A DNA stretch of 64,000 nt from an uncultured bacterium (GTDB taxonomy: Bacteria; SAR324; NAC60-12). The DNA lies in NCBI GenBank assembly GCA_965662235.1, contig CBFIGY010000007.1:41538-105537 (forward strand). The letters run 5' to 3'. Positions 40,169-49,476 of the stretch are shown piece after piece. Position 1 is the stretch's first letter, and each line of letters opens with the position of its first letter. The position numbers and the translations under genes are program-made. The notes under the pieces are model-generated. The model worked only from the letters and a program-made list of their open reading frames with translations, ran no database searches and was not told the origin of the DNA.

Positions 40169-40915
40169 ATGAAAATTCTTGTTGTAGAAGATGACTTACA
40201 GTTGAACATCACCATGCAGCGCCTCTTGGTTGAGTGGGGACACAGCGCAGTGGGGGTGGAGAACCTAGAGGAGGCGCGATCCCTCCTGCAGAAACGCCGG
40301 GTGGACTGTCTGGTGCTCGACCTGTCCCTTCCGGATGGCCACGGGCTGGAGGTGATTCATGAGCTGCAGGAGCAGAACAACTCCACCCCCTTCATTCTGG
40401 TGACCGGGACCGGGGACATGAGTCAGTCTGCTGAGGCGGTGGAGCTGGGGGTGATTGGCATTGTGGTGAAGCCCTTCATTTACGACACCCTGTTTGAGAA
40501 CATCTGCAAGGCTCAGGTCAAGACGCAGCGGGAACCGCTGACTCCCATTGTGGAAGACGATTACTGGCACACCTACGTGGTGGCCTTGATGCAGGTGACG
40601 GTGCGGTGCTGGAGCGAGGAAACTGGAACCGGGATTGCGGCACTGGGCGAACGCAGTGGCGTTTGGACCGTGACCGTAAACAAGGACACGGCTCGGGCCC
40701 GGACCCTGGAGCGCTACCTGAAGATTGATCACCTGCCCAAGAAGCCGAAACTGGGTCCCATCTTTCAGACGGCGGAATACGTGCTAGAGCAGTTTCCGGA
40801 GTCGGAGTATGCCGAGGAGATTCGCATTCAGGTCGAACTCCTCCGTCACAAAACGGAGGGCATGCCAATGCGCTTCCACCGTCGCAAGCACCGGCAACCT
40901 GTGGACAAGGACTAG
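40169..40915 (+). CDS. Response regulator (REC domain + unnamed C-terminal domain)
   Basis: ILVVEDD, VLDLSLPDGHG (phospho-Asp), VTG, KPF; the C-terminal region is not a recognisable HTH. Confidence 0.88.
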   Translation: MKILVVEDDLQLNITMQRLLVEWGHSAVGVENLEEARSLLQKRRVDCLVLDLSLPDGHGLEVIHELQEQNNSTPFILVTGTGDMSQSAEAVELGVIGIVVKPFIYDTLFENICKAQVKTQREPLTPIVEDDYWHTYVVALMQVTVRCWSEETGTGIAALGERSGVWTVTVNKDTARARTLERYLKIDHLPKKPKLGPIFQTAEYVLEQFPESEYAEEIRIQVELLRHKTEGMPMRFHRRKHRQPVDKD

Positions 40916-41011
40916 AGCTGGCAAGAAGGTGGAGCCAGAGGAGGGCGCGCGCCTGGCGGACTGCTTTGCGGAGGCCTTCAGGGGCTCGGACGGGGCAATT
41001 GCGCCTGAAGC

Positions 41012-41040
41012 TTGACAGTCCTCTCAAGAGTTCCTAATCT
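41012..41040 (+). promoter_or_regulatory. Sigma70-like promoter for tRNA-Pro
   Basis: TTGACA-17 nt-TAATCT, 12 nt before the tRNA. Confidence 0.75.
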
Positions 41041-41052
41041 GACCGGATAAGT

Positions 41053-41129
41053 CGGAGCGTAGCGCAGTCTGGTAGCGCACACGTCTGGGGGGCGTGCGGT
41101 CGCAGGTTCAAATCCTGTCGCTCCGACCA
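41053..41129 (+). tRNA. tRNA-Pro(GGG)
   Basis: CGGAGCGTAGCGCAGTCTGGTAGCGCA-CACGT-CTGGGGG-GCGTG-...GGTTCAAATCC...CGCTCCGACCA. Confidence 0.98.
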
Positions 41130-41224
41130 CCTACCTTCTCCCCTTCCCTCTCCTTTTCGGTACCTTTTCCCTGAAAGACCTTCCGCACCATGCACGCCAA
41201 TGGGCTGAGCGGCCGAGGAAGGGA

Positions 41225-41253
41225 TTGAAATCGACAGGGGAGTTTTTTATGAT
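41225..41253 (+). promoter_or_regulatory. Sigma70-like promoter upstream of DAHP synthase
   Basis: TTGAAA-17 nt-TATGAT. Confidence 0.65.
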
Positions 41254-41414
41254 GTCCCGTTCAGCTGGTTTGGCTGAAAGTTGTTTCCGGAGGGCCGTAC
41301 AGCAGGCTTTACGGAAGCGACGGTCACCTCAGGGTTGAAGAGCATCCCCGCTTCTTCAATTCCTCGTTGCCAGAGACGGCGCCTCATCCGCCCCCTTAAA
41401 CCGACCACGCACCC

Positions 41415-42458
41415 ATGCAGATCACCAACAACCTCAATGTGGTGAGCACGACTCGCCTCACGCCCCCTTGCGAGCTGAAGGAACGGCTCCCGATGTCTGA
41501 AACCGCCAACCAGACGGTGCTGTCTGGCCGAACCGCGGTCAAAAAGATCATTGACCGGGAGGACTCCCGGCTTCTGGTCGTTGTGGGCCCCTGTTCCATT
41601 CACGATCCTCAGATTGCCATGGACTACGCCCAGCGCCTGAAGGACCTGGCGACTGAGGTGTCGGAGACGATGCTGCTGGTGATGCGGGTGTACTTTGAGA
41701 AGCCCCGGACCACAGTGGGCTGGAAGGGCTTGATCAATGATCCGGACCTAGATGGCTCACACAACATGGAAAAGGGCATTCGGTTGGCGCGGCAGATCCT
41801 TTTGGATGTGAACGAGTTGGGGGTGCCGGCTGCGACAGAAACCCTAGACCCCATCACTCCTCAGTACCTTGCTGAGCTGATCTCCTGGAGCGCCATTGGC
41901 GCCCGAACCACAGAGTCTCAGACGCACCGGGAGATGGCGAGTGGCCTTTCCATGCCGGTCGGATTCAAGAATGGCACCGATGGGGGGCTGGAGGTGGCCA
42001 TCAATGCCCTGCAGACGTCCATGCATCCGCACCATTTCCTGGGCATCGACGACGAGGGGCAAACTGCAATCATCCAGACGCGTGGCAATGCGCATGGACA
42101 CGTGGTGCTGCGGGGAGGAAAAAACGGACCCAACTTCAATGCGGTGGCCGTTCATGAAGCTGAAGAGTCCCTAGGGAAGGCCAAACTGCCGCAGCGGATC
42201 ATGATCGACTGCAACCATGCGAATTCGGGGAAGGATCCGTATCGGCAGGAAATTGTCATCCGGGACCTGGTCCGTCAGATCCTGGACGGGAACCAGTCCA
42301 TCATTGGAGTGATGATTGAGAGCAACCTAGAGGGGGGAAATCAGCCCATTGGGCCAGACATGAAGTACGGCGTCTCCGTCACGGACGCCTGTGTGGACTG
42401 GGACAGCACCCGAGCGATGCTGCTCCATGCGCATCAGCAACTGTTGGGCCGTCCCTGA
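41415..42458 (+). CDS. 3-deoxy-7-phosphoheptulonate (DAHP) synthase, class I-alpha (AroF/G/H type)
   Basis: GPCSIHD, RVYFEKPRTTVGWKGL, IGARTTESQTHR, GFKNGT, DCNHANS, YGVSVTDAC. Confidence 0.96.
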   Translation: MQITNNLNVVSTTRLTPPCELKERLPMSETANQTVLSGRTAVKKIIDREDSRLLVVVGPCSIHDPQIAMDYAQRLKDLATEVSETMLLVMRVYFEKPRTTVGWKGLINDPDLDGSHNMEKGIRLARQILLDVNELGVPAATETLDPITPQYLAELISWSAIGARTTESQTHREMASGLSMPVGFKNGTDGGLEVAINALQTSMHPHHFLGIDDEGQTAIIQTRGNAHGHVVLRGGKNGPNFNAVAVHEAEESLGKAKLPQRIMIDCNHANSGKDPYRQEIVIRDLVRQILDGNQSIIGVMIESNLEGGNQPIGPDMKYGVSVTDACVDWDSTRAMLLHAHQQLLGRP

Positions 42459-42478
42459 GTCCTGCCTACTCCTTGTGC

Positions 42479-42498
42479 GCCCGAGAGTTGTCTCGGGC
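42479..42498. terminator. Stem-loop after DAHP synthase (possible terminator, no U-tract)
   Basis: GCCCGAGA-GTTG-TCTCGGGC, a perfect 8-bp stem between convergent genes. Confidence 0.4.
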
Positions 42499-42713
42499 CT
42501 CAGAGGAAAGCTCCCATGCTCCTCCCAAGGCCGCCAGCGCATACATCAGGATTTCCAAAAAACCATCTTCAATACGGGTCCACATTTGCGCTCCTTGCGT
42601 GTCAGGTTATTCAGTTGACCTGAAGAGCAATCTGCAGAAATGGTGCCCGTATTCTCCTGAACCCGCTCCCGACCATGAGGTTGCGTTCAGAGGATCTGGA
42701 TGCGGGAAGGACC

Positions 42714-43751
42714 TCAGGCCTGTGAGACCTCGGCCCGTAGGCGGGACTTGCGGTCGGTCGCCGACTGTCGCTGCACGACCTCGTCTTCAATGAAGTCGAC
42801 CACCTGTTCCTGCAGGCGCACCCGGTTGAGACGATTGATGCGGGTGATGCCCCCGGGACTACAGACGTTCACCTCCAGCAACTTGCCATTGACCACATCC
42901 AGTCCTGCGAAGTAGAGGCCGTCGGCAACCAGCTTGGGCCCCAGCTTCCGGCAGAGCCGCAGCTCCTCGCGCGTGAGCACATGCTTAACGGCGTGTCCGC
43001 CCGCATGGATGTTGGACCGGAAGTCGCCTTCCGCAGGAACACGGCGCATGGCGCCAATCGCTTCTCCGTTGAGCATGAGGATGCGGACGTCTCCGGCCTC
43101 GGCTCCTTCAATGTATTCCTGAAGGATGACGTAGTTGCTCCCGGTGCTTCCGGAACTGCCATCGACATAAAAGTGGAGGAGGGAGTTGATGTTCTGCCGC
43201 GCATGCTTCTCCACAACGATCACTCCGCGTCCCGCCAGCCCATTCAGAGGCTTGAGGATCATGCGCTCCTGCTCGCTCTCCTCAATGATGCGCTTGAGGT
43301 AGTCCTTGTTTTTGGAAACATGGGTGGTGGGAATGAACTCTCGGCAGGACTCGTAAAAAGCAGCGGTGTAGAGCTTGTTGCTGGCACGGCGGAGCCCGTC
43401 GATGGTGTTGAGGATGAAGGTGTCGTGCTTGACCGAATCCATGAAATTGAGCATGATTGGATCCAGCGGGGGATTGACGCGCATGAAGATCGCATCAAAT
43501 CCGGAGAGGGGCAGCATCTGCTCCTTGAACTCAATCTTGCGGTGGAAGCGTTCGGTGTCTCGGGTGGGCTTCGCCTGAGGCTGGATGATCTTGCAGAAGG
43601 CGTGTGTGGCGCTGTGACGGATGGTCAGGTTGTTGGGATGGGTGATGGCCACCCGGTGGTTGCGGAGCGTACACTCGTGGATGATGCGGAGGGTGGTGTC
43701 GGTCGCAGGGACGACCTTCTCCCAGGAGTACATTAAGAAGCAGATGTTCAT
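42714..43751 (-). CDS. gshB: Bacterial GshB-like ATP-grasp ligase
   Basis: DTTLR, FMRVNPP, LKPLNG..G.GV, QEYIEGA..GDVRI, DFRSNIHAGG, EVNVCSPGG. Confidence 0.82.
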   Translation of the reverse strand: MNICFLMYSWEKVVPATDTTLRIIHECTLRNHRVAITHPNNLTIRHSATHAFCKIIQPQAKPTRDTERFHRKIEFKEQMLPLSGFDAIFMRVNPPLDPIMLNFMDSVKHDTFILNTIDGLRRASNKLYTAAFYESCREFIPTTHVSKNKDYLKRIIEESEQERMILKPLNGLAGRGVIVVEKHARQNINSLLHFYVDGSSGSTGSNYVILQEYIEGAEAGDVRILMLNGEAIGAMRRVPAEGDFRSNIHAGGHAVKHVLTREELRLCRKLGPKLVADGLYFAGLDVVNGKLLEVNVCSPGGITRINRLNRVRLQEQVVDFIEDEVVQRQSATDRKSRLRAEVSQA

Positions 43752-43995
43752 GAAAAGGCCCGGCTTGGGGAAGAAAAAGTGACGTCTGCGCTCCAGAAGA
43801 CGAGTGCCGCAGGAGGGTTGAGACCTGATCAAAATGCAACCGATTCCCCTGAAGTTGCAAGCGCGGAAAAGCTCGGGGGAGACGAGGACGATTTTCCCTA
43901 GGGCCGGCCCCGTTTGGGGACCTCGTCTCCGGTTTTTCATTGCAGTTCCCCCACGGAGTTGGTAAGGCTAGAACCCTTTAAAATCAAAGCCGCTC

Positions 43996-44490
43996 ATGCC
44001 CATGCCCCCTGGAATGACCCTCATGCTCAAAGTCCTCCTCCTCTTCTGTGTTGCCAGCGGCATCGCGTGGTGGGTGGCGCCGCTTTCCTCGTTTGAGGCC
44101 GTGGTGCTGACGCTGCTGCTGAGTGGTGCCTGGTGGTGGCTGCTCCGGGACTCGCTGAAGATCGAGATTCGTCCCCTGCGTGAGGGAAACATCATCTACT
44201 TCGACGAGTTCAAGCGTCGACGCAACACTCCTCCGGAGCCTCCTCCAGAGCAGCCTCGGCTGGTGCAGGTGTTTGATTCCTCCTTGCTGCACGAAGCCGA
44301 CCTCGCAGCGGCGTTCTTGGAGCACAACGGCATTCCCACTCACGTCCTCAACCGGCACAACGCCAGCATCCTCATTCATCCGCTGGGCGAGATGACGGTC
44401 CGGGTGATGGTTCATGAGGCCGATGCTGAACTGGCGACCCGTCTGCTGGACCGCCGCCGTAACTCTCCTGAAGGTTCCTTTACCGCCTGA
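43996..44490 (+). CDS. Membrane protein with C-terminal DUF2007 domain
   Basis: Two TMs; EADLAAAFLEHNGI...VRVMVHEADAELATRLL. Start uncertain. Confidence 0.75.
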   Translation: MPMPPGMTLMLKVLLLFCVASGIAWWVAPLSSFEAVVLTLLLSGAWWWLLRDSLKIEIRPLREGNIIYFDEFKRRRNTPPEPPPEQPRLVQVFDSSLLHEADLAAAFLEHNGIPTHVLNRHNASILIHPLGEMTVRVMVHEADAELATRLLDRRRNSPEGSFTA

Positions 44491-44493
44491 TGC

Positions 44494-46515
44494 ATGGCTG
44501 ACCTGACCCACCACTTCTGCCTGTTCTACCGAGACAACCGCCTAGATGGCGGCTGGATTGAGGGCACCCAGAAAAACAAGTACATCATCCACCCCCTCCA
44601 CGGCAAAACGCAGTTTCTTCCAGAAAACCGGCTGCTCTACCACTGGCGTCCTCAACCGACACCGGCAACCCTAGAAGCCGCGCGGCCTCAGCTGGAACCG
44701 ATTCTCGAAAACGCCCACGCCCGCAAGACGGAGCACGATCTGGAAACCATGCACCAGCTGGCTGAGGCAGGGACAGAGCTCGCCTTCGACGAGGTCACAG
44801 AGCTGTTTCTGGAAGATCCGGAAGATCCATCCGCCTGCCTGAGCCTGCAACTAGCACTGCTGGAAGACGAACGTTGGTTCAAGCGGGCCCGGGACGGTCG
44901 TTTCATTCCCCGGACGGAAGAGGAGCTGGCCCAGCTTGACGTCCGCTTGGAGCGGGAACGGTTGCAGCAGGAAAAGGAAGCTCGGATTCGCGACTGGATC
45001 GCCTCGCTGCAGCAGGGCACCTGGGACCCTGAGGCGTGGACGGAAGGACAGCTGCAGTGGCTGCAGCAGCTGGAAGACCTGCTGGCCGCTGGGCGAGACT
45101 CCCTTCACTGGAAGGAGCTGGCGCCGTTGATGGGGCTGGGAGGCACCCTTGGTTTTGGAGAGGAACAGCAGCTCAAACGCTGGCTCCAGCAGGCGGGGAA
45201 GCCGATGTCGTGGTCGCGCCTCTACCTGCTCCGGGCCAACGTCCGGGAACGCTTCCCAAGTGCGGTGCTGACCGAGGCAGACGCGCTGGTGACTCAGCCG
45301 CTTCCAGAGGTGGACCCGCTCTGGCAGGATCTGCCGACCTACACCATTGATGCCGCCAAGACGCAGGACTACGATGACGCCCTTACCCTGCTGGAGTGGG
45401 GCAGCAACACCCTTCGCCTTGCCGTGCACATCACCGACCTTTCACAGGCGCTTGCCCCCGACAGCGCCCTCTTCCGGGAGGCGGAGCTGCGGGCTTCTTC
45501 GGTCTACACGCTTGAAGAGGTGGTCCCCATGCTGCCGGAAGCGCTCTCCAACGGACGTTTCTCGCTGAAGGCGGGGGAGCCACGTCCGGTCCTGAGTTAC
45601 TTCTTCCGGATTTCCCGAGATGGTTCCTGGCAGCTGGAAAAGGTGGAGCCTCAGGTCATCCGGGTGCAGGAGAACCTGAGTTATGAGGAAGTGGATGCCT
45701 TCATTGAGTCCGAGGAATCCTTCTGGGCTCAGCTGAGCCAGTTCTGTGACGCGCTGCTGCAGAAGCGCATTGAAGACGGAGCCTTGGACTTGCCACGGCG
45801 GGAATTTGAGTTTGACCTCAGTGATCCGCAGCAGATTCGCATCCGGGCGCTGGAACGCAACAGTCCTTCAAACCGCCTCATCCAGGAACTCGCGGTGCTG
45901 GTCAACCGGGAAACCGGGCGCCTCTTTGAGGAGTCAGAGCTGCCAGGCATCTACCGGACGCAGGCTCCGTATGAGTTGGTGCAGGAGGTGAAAGAGGGAG
46001 AAACCCTGACCCTGGAGCACATCAGCATCGAGGGCGCTCGTCTCTCCACGCTGCCGGGACCGCACGCCGGCCTGGCCTGTCATCCGTACATGCAGGCCTC
46101 CTCACCGATCCGCCGCTTCACGGACCTCATCTCACAGGTGCAGCTTCGGCCACACCTAGAGGGGCAGGAGGCGCCCTTTGGAACAGAGGACATGATGCGC
46201 TGGGCAGAGGCCTGCGAGCTGCTGCAGAAGCAGTACGCCCGTGCGGAGCGAGAGGTGACGTATCACTGGAAGACCTGCTACCTGGCTCAGCACACCGGAT
46301 CCGTTTTTACCGCCCGGGTTCGGCGCCCTCTTCCCAATCAGCGTTTGGAACTGGAATTGCTGGAGCTGGACTACGTCTTTGTCACCAGCGGACTCCCAGC
46401 ACATGAGAAGGGGGAACAGATGTTGCTGCGCGTGGAGCAGGTGGATGTGGATCAGCATCGCATTGCTGTCCAACCCTGTGTGGAACCTGCCGATCCCCAC
46501 CAGCTGATGAGCTGA
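44494..46515 (+). CDS. RNB-domain exoribonuclease (RNase II/R family)
   Basis: TIDAAKTQDYDDAL catalytic motif, VHITD, RASSVY..PMLP, YMQASSPIRRFTDL. Confidence 0.92.
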   Translation: MADLTHHFCLFYRDNRLDGGWIEGTQKNKYIIHPLHGKTQFLPENRLLYHWRPQPTPATLEAARPQLEPILENAHARKTEHDLETMHQLAEAGTELAFDEVTELFLEDPEDPSACLSLQLALLEDERWFKRARDGRFIPRTEEELAQLDVRLERERLQQEKEARIRDWIASLQQGTWDPEAWTEGQLQWLQQLEDLLAAGRDSLHWKELAPLMGLGGTLGFGEEQQLKRWLQQAGKPMSWSRLYLLRANVRERFPSAVLTEADALVTQPLPEVDPLWQDLPTYTIDAAKTQDYDDALTLLEWGSNTLRLAVHITDLSQALAPDSALFREAELRASSVYTLEEVVPMLPEALSNGRFSLKAGEPRPVLSYFFRISRDGSWQLEKVEPQVIRVQENLSYEEVDAFIESEESFWAQLSQFCDALLQKRIEDGALDLPRREFEFDLSDPQQIRIRALERNSPSNRLIQELAVLVNRETGRLFEESELPGIYRTQAPYELVQEVKEGETLTLEHISIEGARLSTLPGPHAGLACHPYMQASSPIRRFTDLISQVQLRPHLEGQEAPFGTEDMMRWAEACELLQKQYARAEREVTYHWKTCYLAQHTGSVFTARVRRPLPNQRLELELLELDYVFVTSGLPAHEKGEQMLLRVEQVDVDQHRIAVQPCVEPADPHQLMS

Positions 46516-46607
46516 TTTTGCGGTTGTTTCTCCCCTTCAGGTTGGATAAGGTAAAAGGCTGACTGCATTCCTGGCTGATTTGTCCAACGAACGCACTGTA
46601 GGTACCA

Positions 46608-46829
46608 ATGGCAACGTGGATCGTTCTCACAATAGCCGTGGTGGTCGCGATGGTCGTCTATCGCATGCGCCGCCCGGAAGAAGAAAAGCTTGAGCAGCCC
46701 TCAAACTTTGTGATGTTTTTCCATCCCTCCAAGGGGGAAGGGGACCTGTTTTTGGGGGGACTCCTGGCGCTTTATTTCTTTTCCCGCTTTGCCTTGGACA
46801 TGTTCCAGACAATCCGTAGCATCTTCTGA
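46608..46829 (+). CDS. Small membrane protein
   Basis: 73 aa with two hydrophobic segments; first gene of a tightly packed run. Confidence 0.6.
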   Translation: MATWIVLTIAVVVAMVVYRMRRPEEEKLEQPSNFVMFFHPSKGEGDLFLGGLLALYFFSRFALDMFQTIRSIF

Positions 46830-46835
46830 CGCCTC

Positions 46836-47078
46836 ATGCGTGCTGTGCTTCTGGTCCTGGTGACCCTGTTCCGTGACCCTCCTGTTCAGCTTGGTCCGCT
46901 GCTCGGCGGTGCACTTGGCTGGTGGGGGGCTGAGTACGTCTTCAGTGATCCTCCGACGGCTGCAGTCGCCTTTGCGGTGCTGGGCTGGGGCGTCGGGGCC
47001 TACATTGGGTACCACCGGTCCAATGCACTCCCACGGCGCAAGCGTCCCAAGCTGAAGGTCTACCAAGGAGGCAAGTAA
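46836..47078 (+). CDS. Small 2-TM protein with basic C-tail (PKLKVYQGGK)
   Basis: 6 nt after the previous gene; Gly-rich TMs. Confidence 0.65.
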   Translation: MRAVLLVLVTLFRDPPVQLGPLLGGALGWWGAEYVFSDPPTAAVAFAVLGWGVGAYIGYHRSNALPRRKRPKLKVYQGGK

Positions 47079-47082
47079 CGCC

Positions 47083-47271
47083 ATGAACGTTGAGTTTGAG
47101 GTCGGCACGTCTCCCACCGGGGTCCTCCTTTCCATCAAGACCAACGAAGGGCGCCTGCACCAGATTGCCGCCCTAGAAGTCACCAATGAGGAAGCGGTCC
47201 GCATTGCGGAACTGATCCTCAAACGGGTTGAAGAAAACCAAGCGCCGGTTCCTCCTGCTGAAATCAACTGA
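47083..47271 (+). CDS. Small hypothetical protein (62 aa)
   Basis: AAGGAGG RBS upstream; tight spacing on both sides. Confidence 0.7.
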   Translation: MNVEFEVGTSPTGVLLSIKTNEGRLHQIAALEVTNEEAVRIAELILKRVEENQAPVPPAEIN

Positions 47272-47280
47272 AGGCACCCA

Positions 47281-48594
47281 ATGAACGCTTCCCGCAAAGC
47301 GGTTTGGGGGTGGGCGATGTACGACTGGGCGAATTCAGCGTTCGCCACAACGGTCATTGCCGGCTTCTTCCCCGTCTTCTTCAAGCTGTACTGGAGCGCT
47401 GACGCAGACGTCAACACCAGCACCGCACAACTGGCCTTTGGCAACTCCCTCGCCAGCCTCCTGGTGGCCCTGATGGCGCCGATCCTAGGCGCCGTGGCCG
47501 ACCGCAGCTCCACCAAAAAACGCTTCCTCGCTCTCTTTGCTTACCTCGGGGTGCTGGCCACCGCCGCCCTCTTCCTGGTGGAGGCAGGGAACTGGCCGAT
47601 GGCGGTGCTCGTGTACGCTCTGGGCATCATCGGCTTCTCCGGATCCAATATCTTCTACGACTCCCTGCTCCCGGAAGTGGCCGGTGATCGGGTGGACGCG
47701 GTTTCCAGCCTCGGCTTTGCCATGGGGTACCTCGGAGGCGGATTGCTGTTTCTGCTCAATGTGGTCATGACCCTCCAGCCGGCATGGTTCGGGCTTGCTG
47801 ACAGCGGAGAGGCGGTCCGTTGGTCCTTCCTCTCGGTGGCTGTGTGGTGGGGCGGCTTCACCCTCCTGACGCTGTTCTGGGTTCCGGAAGCGCCTCAAAC
47901 GTCTGCTCGCTCCACCAGCTTGCTGGACGGCCTTCGTGAGGTCCGGCACACGTTGAAGCAGATCCGGGAGATGAAGGACCTCTGGCTCTTCCTCCTCGCC
48001 TACTGGTTCTACATTGATGGCGTGGACACGATCATCCGGATGGCCGTTGACTACGGCATCTCCATCGGCTTTGAGTCTTCCGACCTCATCACCGCTTTGC
48101 TGGTGGTGCAGTTTGTGGGCTTTCCGGCCGCGTTGATTTTCGGACGCCTAGGAGAACGCTGGGGAGTGCGACGTTCCCTCTACCTGGGCATCGCGGTGTA
48201 CATGGCCGTCACCCTCTGGGGCATGCAGATGGAGGAAAAGTGGGAGTTTTACCTGCTGGCCGCAGTGATTGGTCTGGTGCAAGGAGGCATTCAGGCGCTC
48301 AGCCGCTCCTACTACGCCCGCCTCATTCCAGCAGGGCAGGCCGCGGAGTTTTACGGTTTCTACAACATGCTGGGTAAGTTTGCCGCCATCTTTGGACCGC
48401 TCCTCATGGGACTCACAGGCCTGCTGGCCCGGACGTGGTTGCAGCAGCAGAACCCCAGTCTGGACCCCACGCTGCTGGGACAAGAAGCCGCCCGCTGGAG
48501 CATCGGCTCCATCCTCATCCTCTTCGTTCTCGGCGGCTGGCTGCTGTCTCGTGTGGATGAAGCCCGGGGCCGCGCCGCTGCAGGAGGCGCATGA
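47281..48594 (+). CDS. MFS transporter (UMF1/ATG22-like)
   Basis: WAMYDWANSAF, FYDSLL, SSLGFAMGYLGG, QALSRS, GKFAAIFGP. Confidence 0.92.
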   Translation: MNASRKAVWGWAMYDWANSAFATTVIAGFFPVFFKLYWSADADVNTSTAQLAFGNSLASLLVALMAPILGAVADRSSTKKRFLALFAYLGVLATAALFLVEAGNWPMAVLVYALGIIGFSGSNIFYDSLLPEVAGDRVDAVSSLGFAMGYLGGGLLFLLNVVMTLQPAWFGLADSGEAVRWSFLSVAVWWGGFTLLTLFWVPEAPQTSARSTSLLDGLREVRHTLKQIREMKDLWLFLLAYWFYIDGVDTIIRMAVDYGISIGFESSDLITALLVVQFVGFPAALIFGRLGERWGVRRSLYLGIAVYMAVTLWGMQMEEKWEFYLLAAVIGLVQGGIQALSRSYYARLIPAGQAAEFYGFYNMLGKFAAIFGPLLMGLTGLLARTWLQQQNPSLDPTLLGQEAARWSIGSILILFVLGGWLLSRVDEARGRAAAGGA

Positions 48595-49475
48595 GCCTGC
48601 TGGAAGATCGTGAGTTCCTGGCTCAGCTCCGGACCCTTGAACTCGCCCTGACGCCCTCACGTCCCTCTCCCCGCCTGGGACTGCACCCCTTGAACTTCCG
48701 AGGCCGGAGCCTGGAGTTTGCCGAATACCGGGAATACCGCGAAGGTGAGGACCTCCGGGACCTCGACTGGAAGGTGTGGGGCCGGAGCGACCGCTTCTAC
48801 GTCAAGCTCCGCGATTCCCACGCCCCGGCCACCGCCATGCTGTTTCTGGATGACTCGCCCTCAATGGTCACTGCGTCTCCGCAGGCCGTGGTGCCAAAGC
48901 ATCAGGCGGCAGCACTGGTGGCGTTTGGACTGGCCACTGTGCTGCAGCGAAACGGAGACTCCAGCTCCCTGCACCTGCTCTCCCAGCCCTACCCGGAACC
49001 GCCTCGCTCCTCCCGCCGAGCCTTTCTGCATCAGGTGCAGCGCCTGCGCGCCGTGGCTCAGGGACAGGGCCTTGCCGAGCCACGAGCCATTCCACAGATG
49101 CGTTCCAAATCGATTGACCACGCCTTTGTGATTTCCGACTTCCTGGAGCCTCCGGAGGCTTGGCAGGAACGTCTGGAAGTCGTCCAGCGTCTCGCGTGGC
49201 AAACGACCTGTTTGCAGGTTCTGGATCCTTGGGAAGCCCATCCCCCTGAAGCGGAAACGGAGCTGGAAGACGCAGAGGCGCCCGAAAAGCGCCGACGCAT
49301 CACCCCTGAGGAGTGGCGGCAGTACCGCGAACGCCTGAAGCAGCATCAGCAGCGTCTGGAGGGAATCTGTCGGAAGAAGGGGATGCGCTTGCAGACGCTG
49401 GAGACCACCGGAAACCTGGCGACTCAGATCCGCAAGCTGCTGGAGCAGGCCCTCTGGACCAGCTCCCGAGGGTAG
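48591..49475 (+). CDS. DUF58 family protein
   Basis: EFAEYREYREGEDLRDLDWK...R, LDDSPSM, ISDF. Confidence 0.9.
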   Translation: MSLLEDREFLAQLRTLELALTPSRPSPRLGLHPLNFRGRSLEFAEYREYREGEDLRDLDWKVWGRSDRFYVKLRDSHAPATAMLFLDDSPSMVTASPQAVVPKHQAAALVAFGLATVLQRNGDSSSLHLLSQPYPEPPRSSRRAFLHQVQRLRAVAQGQGLAEPRAIPQMRSKSIDHAFVISDFLEPPEAWQERLEVVQRLAWQTTCLQVLDPWEAHPPEAETELEDAEAPEKRRRITPEEWRQYRERLKQHQQRLEGICRKKGMRLQTLETTGNLATQIRKLLEQALWTSSRG

Positions 49476-49476
49476 C

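Noticed and set aside
41249..41338. Short ORF MMSRSAGLAESCFRRAVQQALRKRRSPQG as an attenuator leader peptide for DAHP synthase
   Set aside because: Only one aromatic codon, and its ATG lies within the predicted -10 box.
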